DNA of 64,000 nt from Ruminococcus sp. (GCA_022641595.1 JALCDN010000001.1:9244-73243); one strand, 5' to 3'. Shown: positions 10,384 to 21,978, counted from the first letter of the stretch. The notes: generated by a model not told the origin, from the sequence alone. Made by a program: numbers and translations.

Positions 10384-11550
10384 TTAACTTTCATAGTCTA
10401 TTCTGTCTATTTTATCGTACCCCAACAGAAAAACATACTTATCGCTTCTTACAAAGCGTGTATAGCTGTCGCTGATATCGGCAGATGACCTTAGTTTGCC
10501 CTCGAAATCATAGGTGTCGATTTTGGTTTTGCTCATAACGTATACAAGTCCGTCATATATATGAACGTCTCTGAGTTCCTCGTCAAACGGTATCACAAAT
10601 GGTTCCGATTTAGAATTTTTGATTATCATAAGCTGATATTTTCTTCTGTCGTCGTCATTAAGTATAGTGGCAATTTGCTGACCGTTGCTGTCACAGCCTG
10701 CGAGTTTTCCGTCATAACTATAGCTTGCACCTATTTCGCCCTTATTATTATAATATGCACATTTTGTATCTCCTAAAACAACAGCTCCGTCGGGATTAAT
10801 AGAAGTACTCAGGCAAAATGTTTCAAATGGCTGTGATTTCCATTGAGTTTCGTTTGCATTGAAGCTTACTTTTTCTGAAGTTGTAATAACTGAACCGTTG
10901 TCAGCACTCACGAAACTAAGGACTGCTCCGCTACTATCGCTGTTGAAGCTGACGTCAATGAGTCTATCAATACATTCTCGACCGTATATAAATGTTCCGC
11001 TTACGTCATAAACTGAAAGCTCACACGAATATTTATCGGACGATGTAACAACTGCAACTGAACCATTGTCGCTCAAGCGTGCAAATATCACAGTATTAGT
11101 GGTATTTTTGACATAAATATTTTTTCTCAGGCTTTCGAGTCTGAATTTATTTCCGCCGCACTCATATATAAGTGCTTTGCCGTCATTTGTTTTCATTACA
11201 GCATTTGAGTAGCCATGCTGTCGTTTTTCGATAAGGGTGCCGTCCTCCTTGTAAATATAGAGGTAAGCGTCGCTAAGCACATAGAGAGCTGACTTTGAAT
11301 ATTCCATCTGGTAACTATTTCCGCCGGAAATTTCGATTGGAAAGTTACCTTTTGCGAGTTCTCCGTCGTTTACGATTGTCTGATATTTTTCACCTATGCC
11401 TTGAAGTTTGGGTAGCCATTTCCCTCTGTAGTAATACATACCGCCGATTATTGTGGCGAGTACGAGCAGCATAAAAAACTTTTTACGTCGTCTGCGGCGA
11501 TGCTCACGTTTTTTGACTTCGACTATATCGTTAACGTCATAATTTGCCAT
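10384..11550 (-). CDS. Membrane-anchored beta-propeller-like protein (DUF5711-like)
   Basis: Basic patch RRRRRKK, single TM, repeated beta-strand pattern; overlaps truA stop. Confidence 0.55.
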   Translation of the reverse strand: MANYDVNDIVEVKKREHRRRRRKKFFMLLVLATIIGGMYYYRGKWLPKLQGIGEKYQTIVNDGELAKGNFPIEISGGNSYQMEYSKSALYVLSDAYLYIYKEDGTLIEKRQHGYSNAVMKTNDGKALIYECGGNKFRLESLRKNIYVKNTTNTVIFARLSDNGSVAVVTSSDKYSCELSVYDVSGTFIYGRECIDRLIDVSFNSDSSGAVLSFVSADNGSVITTSEKVSFNANETQWKSQPFETFCLSTSINPDGAVVLGDTKCAYYNNKGEIGASYSYDGKLAGCDSNGQQIATILNDDDRRKYQLMIIKNSKSEPFVIPFDEELRDVHIYDGLVYVMSKTKIDTYDFEGKLRSSADISDSYTRFVRSDKYVFLLGYDKIDRIDYES

Positions 11551-12337
11551 ACAAGACCTCCTGTTTTGAAGAACGGGAGTAAAGCTCGTTCAAACTTTCC
11601 TGACCGTAAAAGACTCTGTTGAGGTACAGTCCGTGTGGCAAAGCAGTTTTGCCTGCTTTGAGTCTGTTTTTTGCTGTCAGTATTGATGGTATATCGTCGG
11701 CGGAAATTTTGCCTTCGTTGACCCAGATAAGTGTTCCGACGATAATCCTAATCATATTATACAAAAATCCATTACCTTTTACAAGTATTATTACGATATC
11801 TCCTGAGCTTTCTATTGAAATATCATATATTGTTCTTATTGTAGTTGATACAGTTGTGCAGTTTCCACAAAAAGATTTGAAGTCATGTGTGCCTATCAGA
11901 GGTTCAGCCGCACTCATTGCAAGTTCAGTATTGAACTTCCTCCGGTAATGCAACATCATATCAGGTGCAAATGGATTCTTACTTTCACTGCAATGCATTT
12001 TGTAAACATACTCCTTGCCAAGGCAGTCAAAACGTGCATGAAATGCCTCATCTACTTCCTCACAGCTGAGTATTGAGATATCGTCCGGCAGGTAGCCGTT
12101 TACACCACGTATAAAATTCCTTGTTGGAATTTCACGTTCAGTTTTCAGATTAAAGCAATAGCTGTTTGCGTGTACTCCTGTATCTGTCCTTGAGCAGCCG
12201 CATATTGATACATTTTCATTCAGAACCCGTGATATCGCCTTTTCAACGGTTTCCTGCACTGTCATTGCGTTATCCTGTCTTTGATAACCGTGGTAATTTG
12301 TCCCCCTGTAGGCCATCATTACTTTAAGATTTCTCAT
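11537..12337 (-). CDS. truA: tRNA pseudouridine(38-40) synthase TruA
   Basis: YRGTNYHGYQRQ, GCSRTDTGVHA, FHARF and GFLYNMIRIIVG; start MRNLKV at 12337. Confidence 0.95.
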   Translation of the reverse strand: MRNLKVMMAYRGTNYHGYQRQDNAMTVQETVEKAISRVLNENVSICGCSRTDTGVHANSYCFNLKTEREIPTRNFIRGVNGYLPDDISILSCEEVDEAFHARFDCLGKEYVYKMHCSESKNPFAPDMMLHYRRKFNTELAMSAAEPLIGTHDFKSFCGNCTTVSTTIRTIYDISIESSGDIVIILVKGNGFLYNMIRIIVGTLIWVNEGKISADDIPSILTAKNRLKAGKTALPHGLYLNRVFYGQESLNELYSRSSKQEVLYGKL

Positions 12338-15155
12338 TCTCGTTTTCTTTTGATTCCTCTTTTTCTTTATTTTTGGACTGTGCCGTATCATCGCTTTTTA
12401 CATCTTTTACGATTTCGGGTACATCGTCCATTTTGTCGGATTTCGGAGTTGAATTTGTATCTGCATTATTTTCGGCTGACATTTTTTTCTTTCTACGTTT
12501 TACATCTAAGACTGCAAAGAATACAAAGAGTATCACACCGCCTCCTGTGGCTGCTGCGCCTATCGGCAGACCATTTGGAACATATGAAAGTTCTATATTA
12601 TGCTTTCCTGCACTTAGTCTTGCACCAGTCATACCTCCAATAACAGCGAATGTATCTGTTTTTTTGCCGTCAACTGTAAGTTTCCAGCCTCCGTCATAAG
12701 GTATTGAAAGGTAAAGTATTCCGTTATTATTGGCAGTTATTGTTCCCTTCATTTTGCTGTCCGAAAATTTTGTAACGTTAAGCGGTTCGTCGGCGAGCTT
12801 TGCGTAATCTTCGTCCCAGACCTTCTTGTTTAGGGCATAAACCATAATATTTCCACTACCGTTTGGTTTATCGCTTGCGGCTGTAATTGTAAGCGATGCT
12901 GTATGACCGCTCTTAGCTTCGCCCATAGGAAATGTTATTGCGTAGTCCTTAGCTGATATTCCGCCGTCGACTCTGTTGCCATCGTTATTTACGGTTATGC
13001 TGTCGAATCCGCCAGGTGTCACATAGCCGTAAAGGTAGCTTCCGTCAGCACCGTTATAGTCAAATGTAAGTGACGCATTATTTACATTGCCCGTCTTATT
13101 GAACGTATAATTTCCGTAGCTTGCCTTATTGACATTCAGACCGTCGTATGTTGCAAGAGCCACAGGTTGGGGAGTAAAAATGTCCTCGTTTGAACCGCAG
13201 GCAAGCTTCATAATTTCGTTCTGATATTTAAACGGAACAGTTTCGGCAATTGCACTTGACTGCATTATATTGCTGTCCATCATAAATCCTATCGGAAGTG
13301 AATATTTATTCTTATAATAGTTTACAGAACCCTCAGTTGTGACATAATCAAGCGACAATGGGTCACTTAAAATCATTCCGTCTCTTGACACAATATATTT
13401 TATTCCAAGAAGTGCATTTGTTACCGGACTTGATAAGCGGTAATAATATCTGTTTCCTGCTTCGGAGGCATATAGTCCAAGCTTTGCCATAAGTCTGGTG
13501 ACGCTTACATTTGCGGACGATGAAAACTGTGATACGCCGTTATATCCGTAAAGTGCACCGTCATTAAGAGTGTAAGTCTTACTCATTTCAGTACGGAAAA
13601 ACAGTTGTTCTTCATTAGCGTTTATATCTGACAGCACCGTATGAACATCATCTGCATTTAGTGGGTATGACTTATAATCCGAATTGCCTACAGTCTTTAC
13701 ACCGTTTACAGCATTTGTGTAACATTCAGCACATACTGCAAGGCATAGCAAAAGGCTTGTAGCGTAACTTCTTATCTTTGCCGACTTCATAGGGAATATC
13801 TTTACTATAACAAATATCAGAATAAATGCAATTGCTATTATAAGTGAACGTCTGATGTAATTTTTTTCACCATTTAGAGCTGCTTTAACAACGTCCATAT
13901 GAACCTTTGTGCTGCACCATACAATTGCTGCCGGACCTATAAGCATAGCTATGAGCTGATATATTTTTACACCGTTTTTCATCATTGCATCGAATGCCGC
14001 ATATGCTGATGTTATAAGTATAAATGAAAAAATAAATGCAAATCTGTATGGTATCATATTTGTAAAATGAAATCCGTGCCAGATGTAATTAAGAATATTA
14101 TAGTTGCAGCTCACGGCTATCACCGCAAGAAGTATTACTGACATTGCTTTTGCTCTTATTTTTATTTTCGGAATAACCAAAAATGCACCGAAAAGAACTA
14201 CGCAAAGCATACCACACGCAAAGTTCGGAAGTCCTTCCTTCATTGACGGGTTATTGTAGGAATAGAGATTGCCGAATATTGCCGTCCATTTCTCATAGAA
14301 TGCACCGTCCTGTGGAAATGTGTTGTTGGCACTGTAAGTAAGCTTCAATCCGTAGTATGCAGGCAGAAGCATAAATCCTGCCAGAGCGACTCCGATTGCT
14401 GACGAACGTGCGATTATCCAAAGCTTTTTAAGTCCGTCCTTAAAGCCCTTTGCCTCGCATATTATCCCGCCTGCAAAAGCAAGTACGGTAAACAGGCAGG
14501 TAAAGTATGCTATGTAATAGTTAGATATGAGCGATAATGCAAGTGTAATTGTAAACAGTTTCCACTTGCCATCACGGCATATAGCGCAGATTCCGAGCAT
14601 TACAAGTGGGAAAAGTGCTATTGTATCAAACCACATAACGTTCCAGTAATATCCGAGAACGTAGCTGCAAAGTGCGTAAAGAGTACCGAAAACAGCTATT
14701 GAAAGGTCATTGCGTCTGAATGTGTACTTCAGGAACATACTGAAAAATGCTCCACAGAAGCCTATTTTTGCGATAAGTATGTACATAAGTGCATCACGGG
14801 TAGTGTCCTCCGATGCAAAAACTGAAAGCAGATTAAGTGGGCTTGCCGCATAATACGATATCAAAGAGAGAAAGTTTGTTCCCATTCCTGTTTCCCATGA
14901 ATAAAGGAACGACGAGCCTAAAAGCAGTTTTTCACGAACCACTCTGAAAAACGGATAATACTGATGCCAAAGGTCTATAACAAGCATCTGCTGGTCGCCG
15001 TAAGGATGCATTCCTGCTTCTTTGAACGCAAGTGTCATTATTACAACCGGTATCACAAATGCCAGCACTACCCACAACAGGCCGCTTTCTGTCACAGCTT
15101 TCAGCAGTGGATTCTTTTTATTTATCAGTTTTTCTGTATTGTTATTTTTGCTCAC
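12324..15155 (-). CDS. YfhO family membrane glycosyltransferase-like protein
   Basis: DLWHQYYPF, YYAASPLN, multiple TMs, GFHFTNMIPYRFAF and C-terminal SIPYDGGW..VDGK. Confidence 0.85.
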   Translation of the reverse strand: MSKNNNTEKLINKKNPLLKAVTESGLLWVVLAFVIPVVIMTLAFKEAGMHPYGDQQMLVIDLWHQYYPFFRVVREKLLLGSSFLYSWETGMGTNFLSLISYYAASPLNLLSVFASEDTTRDALMYILIAKIGFCGAFFSMFLKYTFRRNDLSIAVFGTLYALCSYVLGYYWNVMWFDTIALFPLVMLGICAICRDGKWKLFTITLALSLISNYYIAYFTCLFTVLAFAGGIICEAKGFKDGLKKLWIIARSSAIGVALAGFMLLPAYYGLKLTYSANNTFPQDGAFYEKWTAIFGNLYSYNNPSMKEGLPNFACGMLCVVLFGAFLVIPKIKIRAKAMSVILLAVIAVSCNYNILNYIWHGFHFTNMIPYRFAFIFSFILITSAYAAFDAMMKNGVKIYQLIAMLIGPAAIVWCSTKVHMDVVKAALNGEKNYIRRSLIIAIAFILIFVIVKIFPMKSAKIRSYATSLLLCLAVCAECYTNAVNGVKTVGNSDYKSYPLNADDVHTVLSDINANEEQLFFRTEMSKTYTLNDGALYGYNGVSQFSSSANVSVTRLMAKLGLYASEAGNRYYYRLSSPVTNALLGIKYIVSRDGMILSDPLSLDYVTTEGSVNYYKNKYSLPIGFMMDSNIMQSSAIAETVPFKYQNEIMKLACGSNEDIFTPQPVALATYDGLNVNKASYGNYTFNKTGNVNNASLTFDYNGADGSYLYGYVTPGGFDSITVNNDGNRVDGGISAKDYAITFPMGEAKSGHTASLTITAASDKPNGSGNIMVYALNKKVWDEDYAKLADEPLNVTKFSDSKMKGTITANNNGILYLSIPYDGGWKLTVDGKKTDTFAVIGGMTGARLSAGKHNIELSYVPNGLPIGAAATGGGVILFVFFAVLDVKRRKKKMSAENNADTNSTPKSDKMDDVPEIVKDVKSDDTAQSKNKEKEESKENENEKS

Positions 15156-15197
15156 AAGCTCACCTCATTATTAATAAGCGGACTGCTGTCCTGCTAT

Positions 15198-16001
15198 TCA
15201 AAGCATCAGATTGACTGCTATTATTGCGCCCATAAATGCACACGTTACTGCAAGTGCAGCGAAATCACGTCCGCCGGATTTAAGCTGTCTCAGACGGGTT
15301 CTACCGTCTCCTCCGTTGTAGCAGCGGCATTCCATAGCGGTTGCAAGCTCCTCTGCACGTCTGAATGACGATACGAAAAGCGGAATTAGTATTGGAATAA
15401 GATTTTTCACACGAGCTCTGAGACTTCCGCTGTCTATTTCCGCACCACGGGCTTTCTGTGCAGACATAATCTTATCTGTTTCTTCGATAAGCGTTGGAAT
15501 AAACCTTAATGCAATTGTCATCATCATTGAAAGCTCATGCACAGGAAATTTAAGCTTTTTAAGCGGTGACATAAGCTGTTCGAGAGCGTCTGTCAGTGCT
15601 ATTGGTGACGTTGTGTACGTCAGAAGTGAAGAACCGGCTATTAGAAGTACAATTCTCACGAGCATATAGACACTTGTTTCGATTCCGCCCTCTGTTACCT
15701 TTATAAATCTCCACTTAAACAGGACATCTCCGTCGCTTATAAAAACGAGGTTCAGAACTGCCGTAAAAATCAGAAATGGGAATATCGGTTTTATACTTTT
15801 TACGAACAAGCGGTTTGGTATTTTTGATAATGCTATTGCTCCAAATGTGAATACACTTCCGATTACAAGTCCCCATACGCTGTCGCCTATAAACAGCATC
15901 ACAACGAAAATACACGTTATAATTATTTTGAATCTCGGGTCAAGGCGGTGAAGCAGGCTTTCTCCCGGGAAAAACTGTCCTATGGTAATATCCTTCAGCA
16001 T
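15198..16001 (-). CDS. ecfT: ECF transporter transmembrane component T
   Basis: HRLDPRFK, IALRFIPTL, AQKARGA and AMECRCY. Confidence 0.93.
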   Translation of the reverse strand: MLKDITIGQFFPGESLLHRLDPRFKIIITCIFVVMLFIGDSVWGLVIGSVFTFGAIALSKIPNRLFVKSIKPIFPFLIFTAVLNLVFISDGDVLFKWRFIKVTEGGIETSVYMLVRIVLLIAGSSLLTYTTSPIALTDALEQLMSPLKKLKFPVHELSMMMTIALRFIPTLIEETDKIMSAQKARGAEIDSGSLRARVKNLIPILIPLFVSSFRRAEELATAMECRCYNGGDGRTRLRQLKSGGRDFAALAVTCAFMGAIIAVNLML

Positions 16002-16867
16002 CGGGTAACTTTTCCCCTTTCCCTGAGTTTTTTCATTATCAGCTCCTTGGCGTATTCAACGGTATAGACTTGTTTTCCAAAGTTCAGACCTCTTTGCTCA
16101 AGTGCATTAAATACCCTTGTTATCTGAGGTACATCGAGTCCCATAGCTTCTATTTCTTTTGAACGGCTGAACACATTCACTGTTGTATCGTAGCAGAAAA
16201 GCTCTGATTTATTCATAACGAGTATCTTATCAGCATACTTTGCAATATCTTCCATACTATGTGATACTATCAGAACGGTATTTCCTGTTTTTTTATGGTA
16301 CTGTTTTATCTGACCCAATATGACATCACGTCCGTGAGGGTCAAGACCGGCGGTTGGCTCGTCCAGAATCAGAATTTTCGGTTCCATAGCCATTACTCCC
16401 GCAATAGCCACACGACGTTTCTGTCCGCCTGAAAGCTCAAACGGACTGCGTTCGAGGCATTCCTGTGGAAGTCCGAGATTTTCAGCAGTTTCTCTTACTC
16501 TGCGTTCAATTTCGTCCTTATCGAGTCCCATATTTTTAGGTCCGAAGGCGATATCCTTGAATACTGTTTCCTCAAAGAGCTGATATTCGGGATACTGAAA
16601 AACGAGTCCGACTTTAAATCTTACATTTCGGATTTCGGTTTTATTTTCCCATATATCCTTGCCCTCAAGCAGTATTCTTCCTGAGGTAGGCTTCAGAAGT
16701 CCGTTGAAGTGCTGTATAAGTGTGGACTTGCCGGACCCGGTGTGACCCATAACTCCTACAAGTTCGCCCTCTTCTATTTCGAGATTCACGTTTTTTACAG
16801 CAGTTTTCTCAAACGGCGTACCCTGACTGTATGTATATGTAAGGTTTTCGGTTTTAAGAATTGACAA
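15995..16867 (-). CDS. ecfA2: ECF transporter ATPase A2
   Basis: GTPFE, GHTGSGKST, VFQYPEYQLFEE and LSGGQKRR. Confidence 0.92.
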   Translation of the reverse strand: MSILKTENLTYTYSQGTPFEKTAVKNVNLEIEEGELVGVMGHTGSGKSTLIQHFNGLLKPTSGRILLEGKDIWENKTEIRNVRFKVGLVFQYPEYQLFEETVFKDIAFGPKNMGLDKDEIERRVRETAENLGLPQECLERSPFELSGGQKRRVAIAGVMAMEPKILILDEPTAGLDPHGRDVILGQIKQYHKKTGNTVLIVSHSMEDIAKYADKILVMNKSELFCYDTTVNVFSRSKEIEAMGLDVPQITRVFNALEQRGLNFGKQVYTVEYAKELIMKKLRERGKVTRC

Positions 16868-16914
16868 GACTTATGCTCCTCTTTTGATTTTTTATGGAAA
16901 ACCCACTGTTTCTG

Positions 16915-17811
16915 TCAGCTGGCGGCTTGTACAGCTTTGTCATCGTCATTATTGTTTGACGTGCGAAATAAAGCTTCTATTGCGTCAGCACACTCATCTT
17001 CGCTTATTATGTGGCTGTCAAGATCTATGCCTTCTTTTCTCAGAAGGTAGACAAGCTCTGTTGTCTGAGGAACATCGAGTCCGATTCGTTTCAGCTCCTC
17101 GACGTTTGAAAAGACCTCTGACGGAACGTCATCAAAGACTACCTGTCCTTTATCAAGAACGACTACACGGTCGCTCTGAGCCGCTTCGTCCATATAGTGT
17201 GTTATCAGCACGATAGTGATACCTGCTTCACGGTTCAGGCGGCGGATAGTTTTCAGAACCTCTTTGCGTCCCTGAGGGTCGAGCATAGCAGTAGGTTCAT
17301 CGAGAATTATACATTCAGGTCGCATTGCTATTATTCCTGCGATTGCCACACGCTGTTTCTGACCGCCCGAAAGCTGACTCGGACTGTGGTAGCGGTATTC
17401 GTACATTCCTACAGCTTTGAGTGCATCATCTACTCTCTGGCGCATTTCCTTTGGAGCGACGCCGAGGTTTTCGAGAGCGAATGCAACGTCCTCCTCGATA
17501 ATTGATGCTACAATCTGGTTGTCCGGATTCTGAAACACCATACCTGCGTGCTGTCTTAGTTCAAAGAGTCGGTTTTCGTCCGAGGTATCGATTCCGCACA
17601 CGAAAACCTTTCCGGAGCTTGGCATAAGTATTCCGTTAAAATGCTTTGCAAGCGTTGATTTCCCCGAGCCGTTGTGTCCGAGAACCGCTGTAAAGCTTCC
17701 TTTTTTTATACTGATATTTATTCCTTTAAGAACCTCTGTAACAGCAGCTTTTTCATCGTACTCATTTGTATAGTGAAAGCGAAGGTTTTCGGAAACTATT
17801 ATATCTTCCAT
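16915..17811 (-). CDS. ecfA1: ECF transporter ATPase A1
   Basis: [17 protein letters not shown] and LSGGQKQR; ATG 17811 just after upstream stop. Confidence 0.92.
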   Translation of the reverse strand: MEDIIVSENLRFHYTNEYDEKAAVTEVLKGINISIKKGSFTAVLGHNGSGKSTLAKHFNGILMPSSGKVFVCGIDTSDENRLFELRQHAGMVFQNPDNQIVASIIEEDVAFALENLGVAPKEMRQRVDDALKAVGMYEYRYHSPSQLSGGQKQRVAIAGIIAMRPECIILDEPTAMLDPQGRKEVLKTIRRLNREAGITIVLITHYMDEAAQSDRVVVLDKGQVVFDDVPSEVFSNVEELKRIGLDVPQTTELVYLLRKEGIDLDSHIISEDECADAIEALFRTSNNNDDDKAVQAAS

Positions 17812-17815
17812 ATTA

Positions 17816-18118
17816 TCAGCACTCGTAGTCAATGCAGGCTCTTGACTCCTTTACTTCTGAAATGAATGCACCAAATTTAAGATGTTCCGGGTGCACCTGA
17901 TATTTATTAAGGTCATCAATGCTGTCAAATTCGCATACAAGTGCAAAATGGTAATTTCCGCCATCTGCACCATCAACATTTACTACAGCTTCTATATTTT
18001 TGAGGCAGTTGATTTTCTCTTTGAGTACAGCGGCTTTTTTCTGTGCTTCAAGTGCATTTTCTTTTGCTGTACGACCTTGTGCGTCTTTAAGTCTGAACAT
18101 TACTATATGCTTTATCAT
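17816..18118 (-). CDS. Dabb (stress-responsive A/B barrel) family protein
   Basis: [15 protein letters not shown], terminal IDY. Confidence 0.85.
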   Translation of the reverse strand: MIKHIVMFRLKDAQGRTAKENALEAQKKAAVLKEKINCLKNIEAVVNVDGADGGNYHFALVCEFDSIDDLNKYQVHPEHLKFGAFISEVKESRACIDYEC

Positions 18119-18148
18119 AAATCATTCTCCATTCTGTTTAACAATAAA

Positions 18149-19015
18149 TTATTTCTGCCAGATTGCGGTTGAACCACACGGAAGTATCATTTTACTTGAC
18201 TGTACGGGAAGTCCTATTTCATCGAAGCTTACGTTTCCGCCGAACTTATCATTCAGCACACTGCCGAGGATATACCCCATAACCGATGGTGAAAGACCTG
18301 TTGTATAGCTGTTTATCAGAAAGAAAAGCGGGTCATCAGAGAGTATTCCCGAGCAAAGCTTTACAAGGTCATACACGCAGTCCTCAAGCTTCCAGACCTC
18401 ACCGCCCGGGCCTCTGCCATAGCTTGGCGGGTCCATAATTACGGCATCATATCGTCGTCCACGTCGGATTTCTCTTGCAATGAACTTTTCGCAGTCATCG
18501 ACTATCCAGCGTATTGGCTTATCTGAAAGTCCCGATGCTGCGGCGTTATCTCTTGCCCACTGCACCATTCCCTTTGAAGCGTCAACGTGACATACTGATG
18601 CTCCTGCTTCTGCACACGCAAGTGTTGCACCGCCTGTATAAGCAAACAGATTAAGCACGCTTATCTGCCGGTCGCCTGCCGACCTTATTTTTTTTGCCAT
18701 AAAGTCCCAGTTTACTGCCTGTTCGGGGAAAAGTCCCGTATGCTTGAAGCCTGTTGGACGTATATTGAATATCAGATTATTATACCTTATATTCCATGAA
18801 TTTTCAAGTCTTTTTTTAAATTCCCACTGACCGCCTCCTGCATTGGAGCGATAATAATGACCGTCTGCGGTTTCCCAGAGCGTTGATTTTTTTTCTGTTT
18901 TCCAGATTATCTGCGGATCCGGTCGTATAAGGCTGATGCCGCCCCACATTTCGAGCTTTTCCTGTGAAGACGCATCAATTATCCGATAGTCCTTCCAATT
19001 TTCTGCTGTTCTCAA
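18149..19015 (-). CDS. Class I SAM-dependent RNA methyltransferase (RlmI/RlmK-like)
   Basis: HTGLFPEQ, VLNLFAYTGG and MDPPSYG. Confidence 0.85.
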   Translation of the reverse strand: MRTAENWKDYRIIDASSQEKLEMWGGISLIRPDPQIIWKTEKKSTLWETADGHYYRSNAGGGQWEFKKRLENSWNIRYNNLIFNIRPTGFKHTGLFPEQAVNWDFMAKKIRSAGDRQISVLNLFAYTGGATLACAEAGASVCHVDASKGMVQWARDNAAASGLSDKPIRWIVDDCEKFIAREIRRGRRYDAVIMDPPSYGRGPGGEVWKLEDCVYDLVKLCSGILSDDPLFFLINSYTTGLSPSVMGYILGSVLNDKFGGNVSFDEIGLPVQSSKMILPCGSTAIWQK

Positions 19016-19026
19016 TTCTCAGTCTC

Positions 19027-20382
19027 CTATCTGTTTGTTCGTTCATGTATTTTGTCGGCGAGTGTCATAGCCATAACGTTTATGTTCTTAAAGTCCTTAC
19101 CCTCAGCCATAATTTTTATTGCCGCATCTGCTGTACTTTCACGGACAAGGATTCTGCCTGAAATTCCAAGCTCCTCATCGTATTTTTCTATAAGCGACGT
19201 TATTTCGCTGTCATTTTTCCATATTTCCTTAAATTTCGGCAATATTTTTACGTCCGTCATAACCTGTGGATATTTTGTCATAATATTTGCAAGCTCGCTC
19301 ATTTTTTTGCCTGAAGATGCAAGAATTTCGAGAAGTCTTGCAGCTGTCAGCATACCGTCTGCGGTGACGGCATCGTCAAGAAAAATAATGTGTCCATTTT
19401 GCTGACCGCCTATATTATAACCCCCGTCAAGCATTTTTTCAAGTACATTTCTTTCTCCAACGCCGGACTTTATTACAGTAATGCCGTTCTCGGCGGCGAA
19501 ATTTGAAAATCCTATATTTGCCATTATTGTTATGACCAATGAATCTCTTTTAAGCAGACCACGTTCCTTGTATGATTTTGCAATTATTGCGATTATCTTA
19601 TCGCCGTCCACAAGCTCTCCGTTTTCGTCAACTGCAAGACATCTGTCTGCGTCTCCGTCAAAGGCTATGCCGCAGTCGCATTTTTCCTTTACAACAAGCT
19701 CCATAAGCTGACTCATATGCATTGAGCCGCATTCCTGATTAATATTTGTTCCATCAGGAGTATTAAATGCCATTACGGTTTCGGCTCCGAGCTTATTGAA
19801 CAGTTTTTCGGCAATTTCGGACGCATTTCCGTTTGCACAGTCTATTGCAACCTTAATTCCTCCGAGGTCTGTTTTTATGCAGCCTTCGAGAAACTGTTCA
19901 TATTCCTGTCTGAAGGCGTCCTGTGAGTGGATTATTCTTCCTACGGCAAGGCGTGATGCAAGTGCAACTCTTCCCGGCTCGTCAAGCACCAGTCTTTCTA
20001 TTTCCTCCTCGGTTTCGTCCGGAAGCTTATTTCCGTTTGCTCCGAGCAGTTTTATACCATTATACTCTATATTATTATGTGATGCCGTTATCATAAATCC
20101 GCCGTCTGCTTCTTTGTCCTTTATAAAGCCTGCAACGGCAGCAATCGGCAGTACTCCGAGCAAAACGGCATCTGCACCAACCGAACATATTCCTGCACAC
20201 AGTGCGGCTTCGATTATATCCGACGATATTCTCGTATCCTTTCCAACGAAAATCCGTGGCTTTTTACCGACCTTTCTTGTCATCACAACTGTTGCCGCAC
20301 GACCTATATTCATAGCAAGTTCGCACGTCAGTTCTGTTATAGCAACGCCTTTTGCACCGTCTGTACCGAATATTCTTCCCAT
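19027..20382 (-). CDS. glmM: Phosphoglucosamine mutase-like protein (divergent GlmM)
   Basis: FGTDG, GKDTRISS, TASHN and FDGDADR present; substrate and phosphate loops altered (see findings). Confidence 0.75.
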   Translation of the reverse strand: MGRIFGTDGAKGVAITELTCELAMNIGRAATVVMTRKVGKKPRIFVGKDTRISSDIIEAALCAGICSVGADAVLLGVLPIAAVAGFIKDKEADGGFMITASHNNIEYNGIKLLGANGNKLPDETEEEIERLVLDEPGRVALASRLAVGRIIHSQDAFRQEYEQFLEGCIKTDLGGIKVAIDCANGNASEIAEKLFNKLGAETVMAFNTPDGTNINQECGSMHMSQLMELVVKEKCDCGIAFDGDADRCLAVDENGELVDGDKIIAIIAKSYKERGLLKRDSLVITIMANIGFSNFAAENGITVIKSGVGERNVLEKMLDGGYNIGGQQNGHIIFLDDAVTADGMLTAARLLEILASSGKKMSELANIMTKYPQVMTDVKILPKFKEIWKNDSEITSLIEKYDEELGISGRILVRESTADAAIKIMAEGKDFKNINVMAMTLADKIHERTNR

Positions 20383-20404
20383 ATTTCAATCTCCTCTGTT
20401 GCCT

Positions 20405-20935
20405 TTATCTTAGGGCATATATGCAAATCAAGTGCTTTTGGTATATAAGCTCTGAAATTGTGCTGTATTGTGAAGGCAGGCAGCAGTCAGAAAATCTGTT
20501 GTAAGCTGTAACTGCTCCGTCCTTTCCGATTATGGCAAAAAATGTATGTATCTGTGACAAAAGTGGAAATCCAAGCCATAAGCTGACAATATATCCGCCC
20601 TCGCTGTATATTTCCGTTGTACGGCGAAGCTTCAGACTTTTTGTTTCCGAAAGCAGCGGATGTCTCAATAGTGACAGCGGATTACAGCCAAAAAGCCCCA
20701 TTGCCATTCTGTAACGCTCCATAAAGTACGCAGTTTCACAAAGCGGCTGAGGCTTTTTAAGATAAATCAATGCATTATACACGGCTATAATTTCGCAGCC
20801 GTTAAATTCCATACTGAAAAGTCCGTACCTGTATTTCGGGACATTTCCGATACTCTGACCGCAGACATACTCTGTTTTTTCAGGTTCGAGCCTGCGGTTA
20901 TTTTTAAAATTCCGCCGTGACGTAAAGGACATCAT
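20405..20935 (-). CDS. Hypothetical protein, possible papain-like (C39-type) peptidase
   Basis: [12 protein letters not shown] with downstream IHT; start overlaps ruvB stop. Confidence 0.5.
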   Translation of the reverse strand: MMSFTSRRNFKNNRRLEPEKTEYVCGQSIGNVPKYRYGLFSMEFNGCEIIAVYNALIYLKKPQPLCETAYFMERYRMAMGLFGCNPLSLLRHPLLSETKSLKLRRTTEIYSEGGYIVSLWLGFPLLSQIHTFFAIIGKDGAVTAYNRFSDCCLPSQYSTISELIYQKHLICIYALR

Positions 20936-21978
20936 AATGTAAGCTGACCGTCCTCTCCGGATATAAGCGGTATTCCGAGGTGTTCATAAGCAAGTTTGGT
21001 AGCACATCTGCCACGGGGAGTACGTCCGAGAAATCCGAGCTGCATAAGGTATGGTTCGCAGACATCTTCAAGCGTGACGGCTTCCTCACCGAGTGCAGCG
21101 GCAAGCGTTTCGAGACCTACCGGGCCTCCTCCGTAGCCTTTTATAATCATTTCGAGCAGACGTCTGTCGAGATTATCAAGACCGAGCTTGTCTATTTCGA
21201 GTCGTCCGAGAGCAATTGTGGCGATTTCCTTTGTAATTTCGCCGTTTCCCATTACATCTGCAAAATCACGCACACGTTTGAGAAGTCTGTTTGCGATTCT
21301 CGGAGTACCTCTTGCTCTGCCTGCAAGCTCTGTTGCACCGTCAGGTGTACACGGTATTCCGAGAATCATACTACTTCTTCTTATTATGTCTGTAAGCTGT
21401 TCGCAGTTATAGAGTTCAAGCCGCTGTATTACGCCAAATCTGTCTCTTAAAGGAGAAGAAAGCTGACCTGCTCTTGTAGTTGCACCTATGAGTGTAAATG
21501 GTTTCAAATCCATTCGTATAGACCTTGCTGAAGGGCCTTTTCCGATTATTATATCTATGACTCTGTCCTCGAGGGCAGGATAGAGAATTTCCTCAACGGC
21601 TCGTGAAAGCCTGTGAATTTCGTCGATAAACAGCACATCATTATCTGAAAGGCTTGTCAGCAGTGACACAAGGTCACCGGGCTTTTCGATAGCAGGACCT
21701 GTTGTAACTCTCAGGTTCACCCCGAGTTCATGAGCAATTATTCCCGAAAGTGTTGTTTTTCCGAGTCCCGGAGGTCCATAAAGGAGAACGTGGTCAAGCG
21801 GTTCATTTCGGCGTTTTGCCGCCTCTATGTACACTGCAAGATTTTCCTTTACCTTATCCTGTCCGATATACTCGCTGAGCGACTGCGGTCTGAGAGTTAC
21901 CTCGACATCGGCATCCTCTTCGGTATTTTGTGCGGATACAATTCTTGGTGCAAACTCAAGCTCTTCTGTTTCAATCAC
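20932..21978 (-). CDS. ruvB: Holliday junction branch migration helicase RuvB
   Basis: [36 protein letters not shown] and [11 protein letters not shown]. Confidence 0.97.
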   Translation of the reverse strand: MIETEELEFAPRIVSAQNTEEDADVEVTLRPQSLSEYIGQDKVKENLAVYIEAAKRRNEPLDHVLLYGPPGLGKTTLSGIIAHELGVNLRVTTGPAIEKPGDLVSLLTSLSDNDVLFIDEIHRLSRAVEEILYPALEDRVIDIIIGKGPSARSIRMDLKPFTLIGATTRAGQLSSPLRDRFGVIQRLELYNCEQLTDIIRRSSMILGIPCTPDGATELAGRARGTPRIANRLLKRVRDFADVMGNGEITKEIATIALGRLEIDKLGLDNLDRRLLEMIIKGYGGGPVGLETLAAALGEEAVTLEDVCEPYLMQLGFLGRTPRGRCATKLAYEHLGIPLISGEDGQLTL

